DNA of 39,966 bases. Origin: Pseudomonadota bacterium (GTDB lineage Bacteria; Bdellovibrionota; FAC87; UBA2466). The notes beneath the pieces were generated by a model, which saw only the letters and a program-made list of their open reading frames with translations, was not told the DNA's origin and searched no databases. The position numbers were made by a program, and so were the translations under genes. Below, piece by piece: positions 25,650 through 35,822 of this stretch. The DNA is taken from the NCBI GenBank assembly GCA_043767805.1, contig JAYUGC010000026.1:1-39966 (forward strand), read 5' to 3'. The stretch's first letter is position 1; every line of letters begins with the position of its first letter.

Positions 25650-27006
25650 TCAGGGATGGGCGAGATCGACGATGAGCCAAACCACGTCGATGACGTCGAA
25701 TAGGGCGAGAATCAGCGCCGTGGCGTATAGGCCAAAGACGCCCACTTTCGGAAGGCGCGGGATCGCAAAGCTCAGGCCTCGGACCAGAGCGACGGCCGCG
25801 GCGCCGGCCGCGGGGGCGACGTAGATGAACTTGGCGAAGGGGAAGATCGGATAGACCATGAAGTAGCGGAGCCCCGCGAGCAGAAAGGTGCCGAGCATTA
25901 CCGCCGCGGGCCATCCGGTTCCATCTAGTAAGAGCAAAGCTACACCGACGATCAAAAGTAAGAGCGGCACCAAGTTCAGGAGGTGAAGGGCTCGGGCCAG
26001 CGGAACGCTGAGAGGAGCTTTCGTTCTCCAGCTCGCGGGCCAATCGTGAAAGCGGGAGTAAGTGGCGTTGCCATAGACTTGGGTCCAGTAGGATCGCATT
26101 AGGATCGCATGTGGAAATGGGGGATTTTTCCTTTTACGTACTCGTTCCAGTCCGGCGGAAACTCGTTATAGGGGTGAAGCAGCAAATCGTAGAAGGGAAA
26201 AGTGAGAAGCCCGGGAGCGGGCAGGGCTCGGGCTCGTTCGGAGACGAGAGGCACTTCGTCCGTTCGGCTTTTTTCAAAGGGATTTTCGGCGACCACCGAC
26301 TCCGAGAACGCGAGCTTTCGATAAGCGGCGTGATCGCGGTAGACGCCGCACGCTTGCGCGGCAACGAGGGTGACGAGAAGGGTAAGCGCGGCCTCTCTGA
26401 AACGGCGTTTGCCGAGCAGAATGAGAACGACGCTGATGGCAAGCGCAGCGCATTGCCTTTCGATCCGATGGCCGCGGCTAGGCAAACGAGGAGACCCGCG
26501 AGCCGGGGACGGGACGGCCCCTCGAAGAGCCGACACAAAAAAAAGGTCGCTCCAAGGGAAAAACGTATGACCAAGGCATCGTTAGTCGCCTGACCGCTGA
26601 TGGCCACGAGCCCCGGATTCAAAACGAGCCAAAGGTAGACGGGAAAAGTCAGCGCCGGGCTCGCGGGCAACGTCAAAAGAAACGCCCAAAGAACGGCCAT
26701 GGCGGCGATGCCGGCTAAAGCGCTCACCGCTTGCGCGACGAGAAGCTGTCTTTCGGCGTTCTCGATGCCGAAGAGCCGTACGATTCCAACCACGGTGCGG
26801 TGGTAGAGCTTTGGATGATAGCGGAAGATCACGTTGCCGGCGGGTTGCCCCAGGAGTATCGGGCGGATGACCCAGCCGAAATGCTTATCGTTGGCTTCCC
26901 GGTTCACGGTCGCGACTCCGAGTCTCAGGGCGGAGGACAGCAAAAAGACGCAAGCGAACGCCCAAAACCATTTCGATTTGAATGGGACGGGCGTCACTTG
27001 AATCAA
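25650..27006 (-). pseudogene. Disrupted GT-C (ArnT/PMT-like) membrane glycosyltransferase
   Basis: EANDKH...YHPKLYH, ATNDAL, KGNAL motifs; split over three frames by a frameshift near 26445 and an 11-bp tandem duplication at 26089-26110. Confidence 0.7.
26089..26110. repeat. 11-bp tandem duplication TAGGATCGCAT x2
   Basis: Removing one copy joins ...PHFHMRS to YWTQVYG... in frame. Confidence 0.9.
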
Positions 27007-27016
27007 TGCCTTTGGT

Positions 27017-27157
27017 CTACCAGTGGTTCTTGACCGGAATCAGCTCTCCCGGCCCGGACCACGGGGTCGTATTGTCGATGAAGATCGCCAGCGCCTTGGG
27101 GCCGAGCGTGCGAAACTGAAACGCGTAGCCCAGAGGTAGAGACTGGCCGCGAATTAA
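27017..27157 (-). pseudogene. Cupin-domain C-terminal remnant
   Basis: Hand translation: LIRGQSLPLGYAFQFRTLGPKALAIFIDNTTPWSGPGELIPVKNHW*, resembling cupin motif 2 (PxG..FQFR) with a PW.G..E tail; in-frame TGA directly upstream. Confidence 0.5.
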
Positions 27158-27199
27158 TCAACTGGTGGAAATTGGGGACAGGGGCCGCCGGGACCCCAA

Positions 27200-27234
27200 T
27201 TGACAGACTCGCCGGGCTCACGCTTTCTAGAGCC
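27200..27234 (+). promoter_or_regulatory. Putative sigma70 promoter of ppc
   Basis: TTGACA (27200-27205), 17-nt spacer, weak -10 CTTTCT, then 6 nt to ATG 27235. Confidence 0.4.
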
Positions 27235-29898
27235 ATGTTTGCCGGCAATTCCAATGATAGTGTTTCGGATCCCCATGCTCCGCTTTGGGAAGACATTCGC
27301 CTTTTAGGCGGTCTTCTCGGCACGACCTTGAAAGAGCAAAGGGGCACCAAGTTTTACGAGACCGTCGAAGAGGTCCGGGTGCTTTCGCGCAATATCCGCC
27401 GTGGCCGCGAAGAGGACTCTAGCCGGCTCGCGACTCTGCTCTCGGGTCTTCCCGCCGAAGAGATGCGCCAGCTGGCCCGGGCGTTCTCGTTTTTTCTGAA
27501 TTTCGCGACCATCGCCGAGCAGCACCACCGCACGCGGCGGCGGCACGAGCATTTAAAGCAGGGCGGGGAGCCGCAGAAGGGCTCCTTGGAAGAGACTTTC
27601 GCGAAATTTCTCTCCGAAGGCGGTACGCCCGAGGCCCTACGCGCGGCGGTCCTGGATCTAAAGATCGAGCTGGTGCTCACCGCGCATCCGACGGAAGTGG
27701 TGCGCCGCACGATTTTCGAAAAGTATCAGAGAATCGCGGACTGTCTCATGAAGCGAGACCGTCTCGACCAAGACACCGAGGAAAAGGCCGATACTCTCAC
27801 GACGCTCAAACGAGAAATACTTTCCTGCTGGCTCACGGATGAAGTGCGGCGCCGCTCCGTCACCCCCGTGGACGAGGCACGGGCCGGACTCACGGTGCTC
27901 GAGAAATCGCTCTGGGGCGCGGTGCCCGACTATTTGCGCGCGCTCGATCAGGAATTGAAAAAGCATACCGGCGAAGGGCTTCCCGAAACTTGCGTCCCCA
28001 TTCGGTGGGGTAGTTGGATGGGCGGGGACCGAGACGGCAATCCGAACGTCACCCCCGCCATTACGGAAAAAGTCGTTTACCTCCACCGCTGGATGGCGGC
28101 GTCGCTCTACGCGCAGGAAGTGGACGCGCTCATCGCCGAGCTCTCTCTCACGGCGGCAAATCCGGAGCTACGCGCTCAAGTAGGAGAGGTTTCCGAGCCT
28201 TACCGCGCTTTGCTTCGTCCTCTGCACAAGCGGCTGAAGGACACCATGGCGCACTTCGACGCGCTCTTTTACGAAAGAGGAAGATCGGAAGTCACCCCCA
28301 TTGCCGATATCGACGAAATCGAAAAGCCCCTGCGCCTTTGCTACGGGTCTTTGCGCCAAACCGGCGCTGAGGAAATCGCGCGGGGAAGGTTGCTCGATCT
28401 TTTGAGACGGGTGCATTGCTTCGGCTTGTGCCTTGCCCGTCTCGATATCCGCCAAGAAGCGCCTCGCCACGCTCAAGTCATGGCGTCCTTGGCCGCTGCG
28501 CGCGGCGTTTCCGGTTATCTCGAAGCGCCGGAGAGCGACAAGATTGCCTTTCTGCTCCAGGAGCTTACCTCCCAGGACCCGCTGCCCTCGTCTTTTGTCG
28601 ACGATAAGTCACTGCAGGACGTGTTGGGCGTCTTTCGGGTCTTGAAAGAGCAGGGCGAAGCTTGTTTTGGAGCGTACGTCATTTCGCTCGCCAATCAGGC
28701 CTCCGACGTTCTGGCAGTGGAAATCTTGCTGGTGAAGCTGGGCGTGCCGTGGGCGATGCGGGTGGTTCCCCTCTTTGAGAAGATCGGCGACTTGAAGAAG
28801 TGCCACCTCACCATGGACCAGCTCTTTTCCCTGCCTTGGTACCGCGCTCGTCTCGGAGCGCACCAGGAGATCATGCTCGGCTATTCGGACTCCGCCAAAG
28901 ACGGCGGGCGGCTTACCGCCGCCTGGGAGCTTTTTAAGGCGCAGGAGCGTCTGGTCGAAGTCTGCACTCGCCACGGCGTTAAGTTCACTTTCTTCCATGG
29001 CCGCGGAGGCACCATCAGCCGCGGGGGCGGACCCACTCATCTTGCCGTCGCGTCCCAGCCTCCTGGATCGGTGCGCGGATCGCTGCGCGTGACCGAGCAA
29101 GGCGAGATGATTCAAGCGAAGTTCGGATTTCACGAGCTCGCGCTTCGCAATCTCGAGGTCTACACCACGGCGGTTCTGGATGGCTCGCGCCAAAATCCTT
29201 GCGCGGTGGAGCCGCGGTGGCGAGAGCGCATGGAGAGCTTGTCGGCGAGGGCGCTCGAAGGCTTTGAAAGCCGGGTGAAGCGCCAGCCTCGTTTCGTCGA
29301 GTATTTCCGGGAGGCGACGCCCGAGCGCGAGCTCGGCCTGCTCAACATCGGTAGTCGTCCCGCTCGAAGGAAAGCGAGCGGAGGCATCGAGTCTTTGCGG
29401 GCGATTCCCTGGATTTTTGCTTGGACTCAGACCCGGTTTCTGCTGCCGTCCTGGCTGGGCATGCCCACGGCGTTTCGTTCGGCCATCGATGAAGGCTGGC
29501 TCCCCGAGCTGAAAGAGATGTATAAGCGCTGGCCCTTTTTCAGCTCTCTCGTGAATCTTCTGGAGATGGTGCTCGCGAAGACCGATATCGACGTCGCTCG
29601 CCACTACCAAGACCTGCTGGTGCGCCCGGAGTTAAAGCCCATCGGAGAAGAGCTCTTGGGAGAGCTCGCGGCCATTCGGGAGATGGTGCCTCGTCTGACG
29701 GGATCCGAGATGTTTCTCGAGACCAACCCGGTCTTGAAGCGCTCCATCGAAATCAGAAATCCCTACATCGATCCCTTGAATATTATCCAAGCGGAAGTGC
29801 TCCACCAGCTTCGCCAGAACGAAGAAGACGCCGGGTTGAGAGATATATTCCTGTTGACCGTGAACGGGATCGCGGCCGGACTGCGCAATACCGGATGA
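27235..29898 (+). CDS. ppc: Phosphoenolpyruvate carboxylase
   Basis: VLTAHPTE, SWMGGDRDGNP, QEIMLGYSDSAKDGG, FHGRGGTISRGGGP, LRAIPWIF, C-terminal RNTG. Confidence 0.97.
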   Translation: MFAGNSNDSVSDPHAPLWEDIRLLGGLLGTTLKEQRGTKFYETVEEVRVLSRNIRRGREEDSSRLATLLSGLPAEEMRQLARAFSFFLNFATIAEQHHRTRRRHEHLKQGGEPQKGSLEETFAKFLSEGGTPEALRAAVLDLKIELVLTAHPTEVVRRTIFEKYQRIADCLMKRDRLDQDTEEKADTLTTLKREILSCWLTDEVRRRSVTPVDEARAGLTVLEKSLWGAVPDYLRALDQELKKHTGEGLPETCVPIRWGSWMGGDRDGNPNVTPAITEKVVYLHRWMAASLYAQEVDALIAELSLTAANPELRAQVGEVSEPYRALLRPLHKRLKDTMAHFDALFYERGRSEVTPIADIDEIEKPLRLCYGSLRQTGAEEIARGRLLDLLRRVHCFGLCLARLDIRQEAPRHAQVMASLAAARGVSGYLEAPESDKIAFLLQELTSQDPLPSSFVDDKSLQDVLGVFRVLKEQGEACFGAYVISLANQASDVLAVEILLVKLGVPWAMRVVPLFEKIGDLKKCHLTMDQLFSLPWYRARLGAHQEIMLGYSDSAKDGGRLTAAWELFKAQERLVEVCTRHGVKFTFFHGRGGTISRGGGPTHLAVASQPPGSVRGSLRVTEQGEMIQAKFGFHELALRNLEVYTTAVLDGSRQNPCAVEPRWRERMESLSARALEGFESRVKRQPRFVEYFREATPERELGLLNIGSRPARRKASGGIESLRAIPWIFAWTQTRFLLPSWLGMPTAFRSAIDEGWLPELKEMYKRWPFFSSLVNLLEMVLAKTDIDVARHYQDLLVRPELKPIGEELLGELAAIREMVPRLTGSEMFLETNPVLKRSIEIRNPYIDPLNIIQAEVLHQLRQNEEDAGLRDIFLLTVNGIAAGLRNTG

Positions 29899-30129
29899 CC
29901 GCCCCTTAATTACAATAGCTCTGGAAGGACAAGGCCTGGGCCTTTCCAGAATATCCAAACTCTAAAGAGAGCAACGCGCGCCTACCTATAGACTCAGTTT
30001 CATAGATGGAGCGTCGGGCGCCCACTCACTCACGCCGTTTCGGGAGAGAAAGGGGAGCAGGTTTTCCAGCGGGCTCGGCTTGAACAAGCGGGGGATACCT
30101 TTTTTCCCGATTCCTTGTAGATTGGGATC

Positions 30130-30948
30130 GTGCGTTTGATCTCCCTCCAGTCCGGCAGCAGCGGAAACTGCATTTACGTCGAAAGCGAAGATGTCCGGAT
30201 TCTGTTTGACGCGGGGCTTAGCGCCAGTCAGGTCGAGCAACGCTTGGCCTCTCACGGCCGGACCGCCGTGGGGGCGGACGCGCTTTTCATTTCCCACGAT
30301 CACTACGATCACGTGCGCTGCGCCGGGATTTACACCCGCAAGTTCGACGTGCCTCTCTACATCACCGAGCGAACGCTGGGCGCGTCTCGCCGCAACTTGG
30401 TTCCGGGCTGGGACATGGACCTCGAGCATTTCCGGTCGGGTAGCTCGGTGAAGGTGGGCCACCTCACGGTGGAAACCATCGGCACGCCTCATGATGCCGC
30501 CGACGGAGTGGTCTTCGTCGTCGACGACGGGCGCCACCGCCTGGGAATCTGCACGGACGTGGGCCACGTCTTTGGCGACTTAAAAAGCCTCGTCAAAAGT
30601 GTCGACGGGCTCTTCCTGGAAAGTAATTACGACGAGGCGATGCTTGCCGAGGGGCCTTATCCTCAGCGGCTCAAAGATCGCATCAGCGGATCCCGCGGTC
30701 ACATTTCCAATCGAGAGGCGGCGGAACTCGTGGAGAGTAGCGCGACTCCCCGGCTGCAGTGGCTTTGTCTGGCGCACCTTTCGGATAAGAACAATTCCCC
30801 TCGCAAGGCGCTAGCCATGCACCGGGCGGCCCTCGGCTCGGAACTGCCCATTCAGGTGACGAGCCGCTCGAACGCGACCGATGTCATGACACTCGACTCG
30901 TCGGCGCCCGCGTCGAGTCTCCACCGCCAGATGCGCTTCGATTTCTAG
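30130..30948 (+). CDS. MBL-fold metallo-hydrolase (YycJ/WalJ-like)
   Basis: SGSSGN, DAG, SHDHYDH, HDAA, ESNYD, GHISN, AHLS..NN. Confidence 0.9.
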   Translation: MRLISLQSGSSGNCIYVESEDVRILFDAGLSASQVEQRLASHGRTAVGADALFISHDHYDHVRCAGIYTRKFDVPLYITERTLGASRRNLVPGWDMDLEHFRSGSSVKVGHLTVETIGTPHDAADGVVFVVDDGRHRLGICTDVGHVFGDLKSLVKSVDGLFLESNYDEAMLAEGPYPQRLKDRISGSRGHISNREAAELVESSATPRLQWLCLAHLSDKNNSPRKALAMHRAALGSELPIQVTSRSNATDVMTLDSSAPASSLHRQMRFDF

Positions 30949-30995
30949 CGCGCCCGCTGCGCCCCCATTCACCGTCTTCCGAACGATCCCGGTTT

Positions 30996-31739
30996 TTACC
31001 GACCGCTTTTCAATCGCGCGAAAAGAGCGCGAATGCGTTCCGCGTTTTTTCCAAGATCGCTCTGGCCAATGCGGGACAGAGAGCGGGCGTCGACCCTGGA
31101 GCCCTGGGGACGAGGGGTGACCCGCACCACGACATCGTCCTTGAAGCCGAGCCACGCCGTGGTGTCGGTAGCTTCCAAGATACCGCCTTCTTCGGAAACG
31201 ATTTTCCATCCCAGCGCTCGCGCCTCCGCTTTCACTTTCGCGAAGGCCGCCTCGGGGGTGACGGTGAGCTCGAGCGGAACGATGTCCGGATAAGCTTCCA
31301 CCTGCTGCGCGGCTATTTCGGGGCCGCCATAATCAGCCGTGTTCGGCGCCTCGGCGCGAAACGGAAGCATCGCTTTAAACACCGGCGGGTCCTCGTAGTC
31401 GGTAGTGATGTCGTGGATGGGCGGGACGCTTTCCGCTTTGTGCTTGAGAAGCAGCAAGTTCGCTACGAGCAGCGTCGAGACGAGGAGCCCCACCACCGAG
31501 ACGCCGAAGCCTCGCTTTCCTTTGCCTGGAAAAGCGAGGAAAGCGCCTATGAGACAAAAGCCAATGCCCGCCATCGCGGTCATTCCCGACCATTTCACGA
31601 GGTTGATGGCGGTACGAACGTCGATGATTTCCATCCGGTGCCCTGGCCCGGAAAACACGAGGAGAACAAGCGCAATCAAGGCGACGGCGCCGCCGGCCAT
31701 GGCTACGCGGGACACGGGCCGTTGGGAAGTATCAGTCAT
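30996..31739 (-). CDS. DUF1499 domain membrane protein
   Basis: Three TM segments, PPIHDITTD, GFKDDVVVRV, RSLSRIGQSDLGKNAERI. Confidence 0.88.
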   Translation of the reverse strand: MTDTSQRPVSRVAMAGGAVALIALVLLVFSGPGHRMEIIDVRTAINLVKWSGMTAMAGIGFCLIGAFLAFPGKGKRGFGVSVVGLLVSTLLVANLLLLKHKAESVPPIHDITTDYEDPPVFKAMLPFRAEAPNTADYGGPEIAAQQVEAYPDIVPLELTVTPEAAFAKVKAEARALGWKIVSEEGGILEATDTTAWLGFKDDVVVRVTPRPQGSRVDARSLSRIGQSDLGKNAERIRALFARLKSGR

Positions 31740-31882
31740 GCCGATCCCATATCATAGGCCGCCGGGCTCGTCGTCTGGGAAGGGCAGGTAGAGGGCCGTA
31801 TTCGCCCCGGCGTCCGATACGCGCCAAGTTTCCGGTCTGGCTTTAGTCGACAGTAGGTGAGGGAGGCCACTAGAATCGCTTC

Positions 31883-33988
31883 ATGGGGAAGGGAATCAAA
31901 AGGATGGCTTGGCTGGCGGGGATCGCCGGCATGGCGATCGCTCTCCTCTGGTTCTCTCGGCGCGCCGCCTCGCCCGCGGACTTTACCTCGATCGTTGAAA
32001 CCACGGGAGTCGTGCTCACTTCGCGAGAGTTGCCGGATCGAAGCGGGGGGCAAAGCCGCAAGCCGGTGTTCATGAACGTTTCGGACTTGGATTTTTTGCC
32101 GGACGGCTCGGGGCGCTCGCTTCTCTCCCTGAATTACGGCACCGTCTATTTGCTCGGGCCGCAGTTCACTCCTGAGTCCTACTTGACCGTGCCGTCCGGA
32201 GTATCGGCGGCGGCAATCGAGGAGTTAAAGAAGCACCCGCAGCCCGATGGCTCCGAGGCGCACCCTTCGGATAACGAGGGACTGCTCGGCCTTACTCTCG
32301 ATCCGAGCTATGCCGAAAACCATTTTCTCTACGTGCATCTCGTTGCCAAGACATTGGGTGACGTGGAGATCTGGCGTCTCGTCTGGGACGCCAATCACCC
32401 CAATCCGCAAGCTTGGAAAACGCGTAAACTGCTTTACCGCGCGTCGAAAGCGGCCTTGCGTCCTTCCCCCACGGCGACCGAGCATAACGGCGGAAACCTC
32501 TCTTTCGGCCCCGATGGAAAGTTGTACGTTTTCTTTGGCTCGGGGGAAGGAAAAATCTTTTCCCCGCCCAAGGGAAACTATCTGACGAGCAATTTTACTC
32601 CGTGGGGAAAAGTCTGGCGGCTCGACCCGAGCGGGAAAACGCCGCCGGAGCTCGTCGCCAAAGGACTGCGAAATCCCTTTTCCAGCTCGTGGCTAGGAAA
32701 CTCACTTTTTATTGGCGACGTGGGCGCGGGCCGGGCCGATGCCGAAGAAATTAATTGGCTCGACGTCTCGTCGAAGGCCCGCAAGGTCCCCAACTTCGGC
32801 TGGCCCCTGGTCTTAGGCGGTAACTGCCGCCACGAGCCGTGTGGCGGGTATCGAAATCCGGCTCTTTTTTACGACGGCTTTAGCGTTCAAAGTCTGGCGG
32901 AAGAGGCTTTTCCCGCGGGAGGTCGTTCCCAGAATCCGGGGGCGATGAAATGCATCATTCTCGGTCCCGTGCTTTCCCCAAAAAGCCGGGTGCCCGAGCT
33001 GGCCGGCCGGCTCGTTTACGCCGATGCTCTGCAAATGTGGGTGCGCTCCGCGGTGGCCGCTCCCGATGGAACGCTCAGCCAGGATAAATTACTCACGGCG
33101 TACGATTCGTTCATTACAAAATTGGCGGAGAGCCCCGATGGATTTCTCTACTTGGTCTCTGGGTACGGAGATCCCATCCGCATCCGGCGCTACAGCTCCC
33201 GTTGGAAAGGGTCAGTCCCGGGCATTGCTCTGGCGGAGCCGGCTTACTTCAAGCCGAGCGCGGCTAACGAAACCGAGCTGTCCTATGACGTTTGGCACCC
33301 GATGCTTCCTGAAGGAACCCGCGCGACCCGTTCTCTCGTGCTTCCCAATCCTCAAGGGCATCAGAAGAAATGGCTCCGTAACGCGAGCTCGCTTCCCGCG
33401 GGGGCCTTTCTGTTACAGAAGATTTTCAAAGTTGGGCAAGCCGAACCGGAGGAGATGCGAGTCAGCGAGCATAATGCCCGGGGAGGGTGGGATTACTTTC
33501 ATTATCGTCGGAAAAAGGGCCGCTGGGAGCGCGATCTGAAGTCGGAGATGACGTGCGCAACGAGTTGCCACTCTTTTCTCCCCACCCTCGGCTACACGGC
33601 CTTACAAATACGAAGCCTTCAAAACGAATCTCTTTGGGTGGGTGAGCTTTTGACGGCGCGGCCGAGCGCATATCAGCTGAACGATCTCGAAAGGGTGCGG
33701 CATTTCTTGGACGGCTCCTGCGCGTCTTGCCACAGTCCGGGCGCTTCGCCGGGAGACAATCTCGGGCTTCGCCTGGATTGGCTGTCCACCGAGAAGCTCA
33801 GCACTCAAGTGTCGGGGCGCAGCGGGCGAAGGCTCGTCATCCCGGGCGACCCTCGGGCGAGTCTGCTCTTCGAAGTGCTCGGCGGCGGCGGAGGCGAGCC
33901 GTACATGCCGCCCCCGAGCACCGGTCTCAAGGCGGATCCCGCGGGCGCGAAGCTCGTCGAAAAGTGGATCCTTGCCCTGAAGCCTTAG
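31883..33988 (+). CDS. PQQ-type glucose/sorbosone dehydrogenase family protein with C-terminal cytochrome c
   Basis: EGLLGLTLDP, HNGGNLSFGPDGKLY, GLRNPF, GDVG, EEIN, NFGWP; CASCH heme motif, PGDP..SLL, MPP. Confidence 0.85.
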   Translation: MGKGIKRMAWLAGIAGMAIALLWFSRRAASPADFTSIVETTGVVLTSRELPDRSGGQSRKPVFMNVSDLDFLPDGSGRSLLSLNYGTVYLLGPQFTPESYLTVPSGVSAAAIEELKKHPQPDGSEAHPSDNEGLLGLTLDPSYAENHFLYVHLVAKTLGDVEIWRLVWDANHPNPQAWKTRKLLYRASKAALRPSPTATEHNGGNLSFGPDGKLYVFFGSGEGKIFSPPKGNYLTSNFTPWGKVWRLDPSGKTPPELVAKGLRNPFSSSWLGNSLFIGDVGAGRADAEEINWLDVSSKARKVPNFGWPLVLGGNCRHEPCGGYRNPALFYDGFSVQSLAEEAFPAGGRSQNPGAMKCIILGPVLSPKSRVPELAGRLVYADALQMWVRSAVAAPDGTLSQDKLLTAYDSFITKLAESPDGFLYLVSGYGDPIRIRRYSSRWKGSVPGIALAEPAYFKPSAANETELSYDVWHPMLPEGTRATRSLVLPNPQGHQKKWLRNASSLPAGAFLLQKIFKVGQAEPEEMRVSEHNARGGWDYFHYRRKKGRWERDLKSEMTCATSCHSFLPTLGYTALQIRSLQNESLWVGELLTARPSAYQLNDLERVRHFLDGSCASCHSPGASPGDNLGLRLDWLSTEKLSTQVSGRSGRRLVIPGDPRASLLFEVLGGGGGEPYMPPPSTGLKADPAGAKLVEKWILALKP

Positions 33989-34016
33989 ATACCTGGCTTA
34001 CCTCTCGGCATTTGAG

Positions 34017-34739
34017 TCAGGTGCCGACGCCGAAGCCGAGGGGCGTTTGGCAGGTGACCGCTTCTTGGCGGCCCCCGAAACCGGGCGACAGGTACAACTG
34101 AAGGCGCGATCTCAGTTGCGCGATGCCGCGGCCCCCGCCCAGCGCGAGGCCTGAGGGGGTGGCGATATTCCAGAAATAGACCGAAGCCTGATTGACTTCG
34201 TCGAACCCACTGATGCCGACGTCCATCTCGGAGACACCGGTGTAACAACGCGTGTAAGTGGTACCGGCGTTAGTAACCACTTCCACCGATAGCCCATTGG
34301 CGATCCGGCACTGTGAGACCACATTCACGTTTCCGCCGCCGAGCGGTACGGTGGCACGCATGGCCTGATTGCGGTCACAACAAGTGACACGGACTTGAGA
34401 TCGGTTACCAGCCGCCGCGGTAGTGAGCGGATTGAAGAGGTTGCAAGGCCGCAAATCGGCCAGCAAAATCACGGTGCCGGCTCTGCCGACGCCGAGTCCG
34501 ACCGTGGGTCCTGGAGGGTTTCTCTGAGTCATGGCGACGGCGGCGGCCCGATCGAAAAACCGTTTGAGATCTCTTTCGATGAACATGAGATCGGACTCGT
34601 TTTCCAGAGTCGCGCGGTTTTGGGAGTACATGTTTGTGAAATTTGTCAGAAGAGTCAGCGCGAAAACTAGCGCGGGGACGGAAATGCCGAGGGCGATGAG
34701 CATTTCGACTAGCGTGATCCCTCGTCGCTTTTGCTTCAC
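34017..34739 (-). CDS. Type IV minor pilin / pseudopilin (PilW/GspJ-like)
   Basis: KRRG|ITLVEMLIALG prepilin cleavage and methylation motif. Confidence 0.8.
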   Translation of the reverse strand: MKQKRRGITLVEMLIALGISVPALVFALTLLTNFTNMYSQNRATLENESDLMFIERDLKRFFDRAAAVAMTQRNPPGPTVGLGVGRAGTVILLADLRPCNLFNPLTTAAAGNRSQVRVTCCDRNQAMRATVPLGGGNVNVVSQCRIANGLSVEVVTNAGTTYTRCYTGVSEMDVGISGFDEVNQASVYFWNIATPSGLALGGGRGIAQLRSRLQLYLSPGFGGRQEAVTCQTPLGFGVGT

Positions 34740-35794
34740 TGAAGTGTCCCTTCCGAGGAGATATAACGTCTTTGGCCGGTTGGGTCCGCCTGAAAGCTGT
34801 TTATCCGTACGTTGACCCCGTCTTCACCAAATTCCACGTATTCGACGCAGCTATAGTCGACTGTGACGTGGAAGATAGTCTTGCTGCATTTGTTGGAGCT
34901 GCGGCATCGGCCGTTGTCTTGAATATAGGTGGCTTTACAACTGGTTAGGAGTTGCGGGGCTGGGCATTTCTGAGGGCAAGCAAAGGGCCAGCGAGCTCTG
35001 TTGCCGGCCGTGTTACTAAAATCGCCTCTAAAGATGGTTCGGTTTCGCTTCATCTCCCGAGCGACCACCATAATCGGTGAAAAACGGATGAAATGAGTGA
35101 CCCTAAGGGCGCCTCCGGCGGCGGCCGCGAGAGATTCGAACAGAACGCCGGAGGTGGTAAAGCCGGTGGACATGAGCCTCTTGCCCAAAGAGGAACTAAC
35201 AATATTGCGAGAGACGAGCGGGGAAGCGGCTAACGCCGTAGTGCCATTGGGTTGGGTGAGCGCAGCGTAAGAGCCGAGATTTACCCCGGTGGGTGAGCCA
35301 TTGTGGCAATTGAGGCAACCGGCTGCTGCCAAGGCGGGCCTGACCGTGTTGTCGAAGTAGGGTTGATCGAGCAAGGGATTAACTGCGCCCTGATTAAGAA
35401 TTCCCGCTTCCGGCCATTGATAAACCGCAGTGCGAACGGCATCTAGAGCGGTTTTTTGTCCCGCGGTGATGGGCGCCGGTATGGCATCGGGCACGCAAAT
35501 AGGGCCTCGAGCGGGTTGGGGGGCAGGGGGAATAGCACGGGGAGGGGGTGGACGATACTTCGTATAGGGATGCCCAGCGCAATTTGTGTGGAGCGCGTCC
35601 GTGACCGAAATGGCGAGGACAGCGTCGCGTACCGCAGCGTGCTCTCGCTGCAGAGAAGCGATGCGTTTATTTGCCTGTACGGATTGCAAAGCTTGAGACG
35701 AGAAAGAAAGACCAAGACTCATTAAGCCGGAAAGAATGGCCAAAGCCACGGTGACTTCGATGAGGGTAAAGCCTTCTCTGCGTCTGTTAATCAC
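34736..35794 (-). CDS. Prepilin-type protein with internal cytochrome-c-like CxxCH domain
   Basis: RREG|FTLIEVTVALA; YFDNTVRPALAAAGCLNCHNG...NLGSYAAL; start GTG 35794 (alternative ATG 35824). Confidence 0.75.
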   Translation of the reverse strand: MINRRREGFTLIEVTVALAILSGLMSLGLSFSSQALQSVQANKRIASLQREHAAVRDAVLAISVTDALHTNCAGHPYTKYRPPPPRAIPPAPQPARGPICVPDAIPAPITAGQKTALDAVRTAVYQWPEAGILNQGAVNPLLDQPYFDNTVRPALAAAGCLNCHNGSPTGVNLGSYAALTQPNGTTALAASPLVSRNIVSSSLGKRLMSTGFTTSGVLFESLAAAAGGALRVTHFIRFSPIMVVAREMKRNRTIFRGDFSNTAGNRARWPFACPQKCPAPQLLTSCKATYIQDNGRCRSSNKCSKTIFHVTVDYSCVEYVEFGEDGVNVRINSFQADPTGQRRYISSEGTLQ

Positions 35795-35799
35795 TGAGA

Positions 35800-35813
35800 A
35801 ATAGTATACTATT
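35800..35813. promoter_or_regulatory. Perfect palindrome AATAGTATACTATT, candidate bidirectional -10 element
   Basis: Reads TATACT on both strands between divergent pilin genes. Confidence 0.5.
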
Positions 35814-35822
35814 GGTTTATTC

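Noticed and set aside
26537..26544. A8 run as a phase-variation switch in the GT gene
   Set aside because: The reading frame is intact across the run (GATFFLCR); the frameshift lies about 90 bp away.
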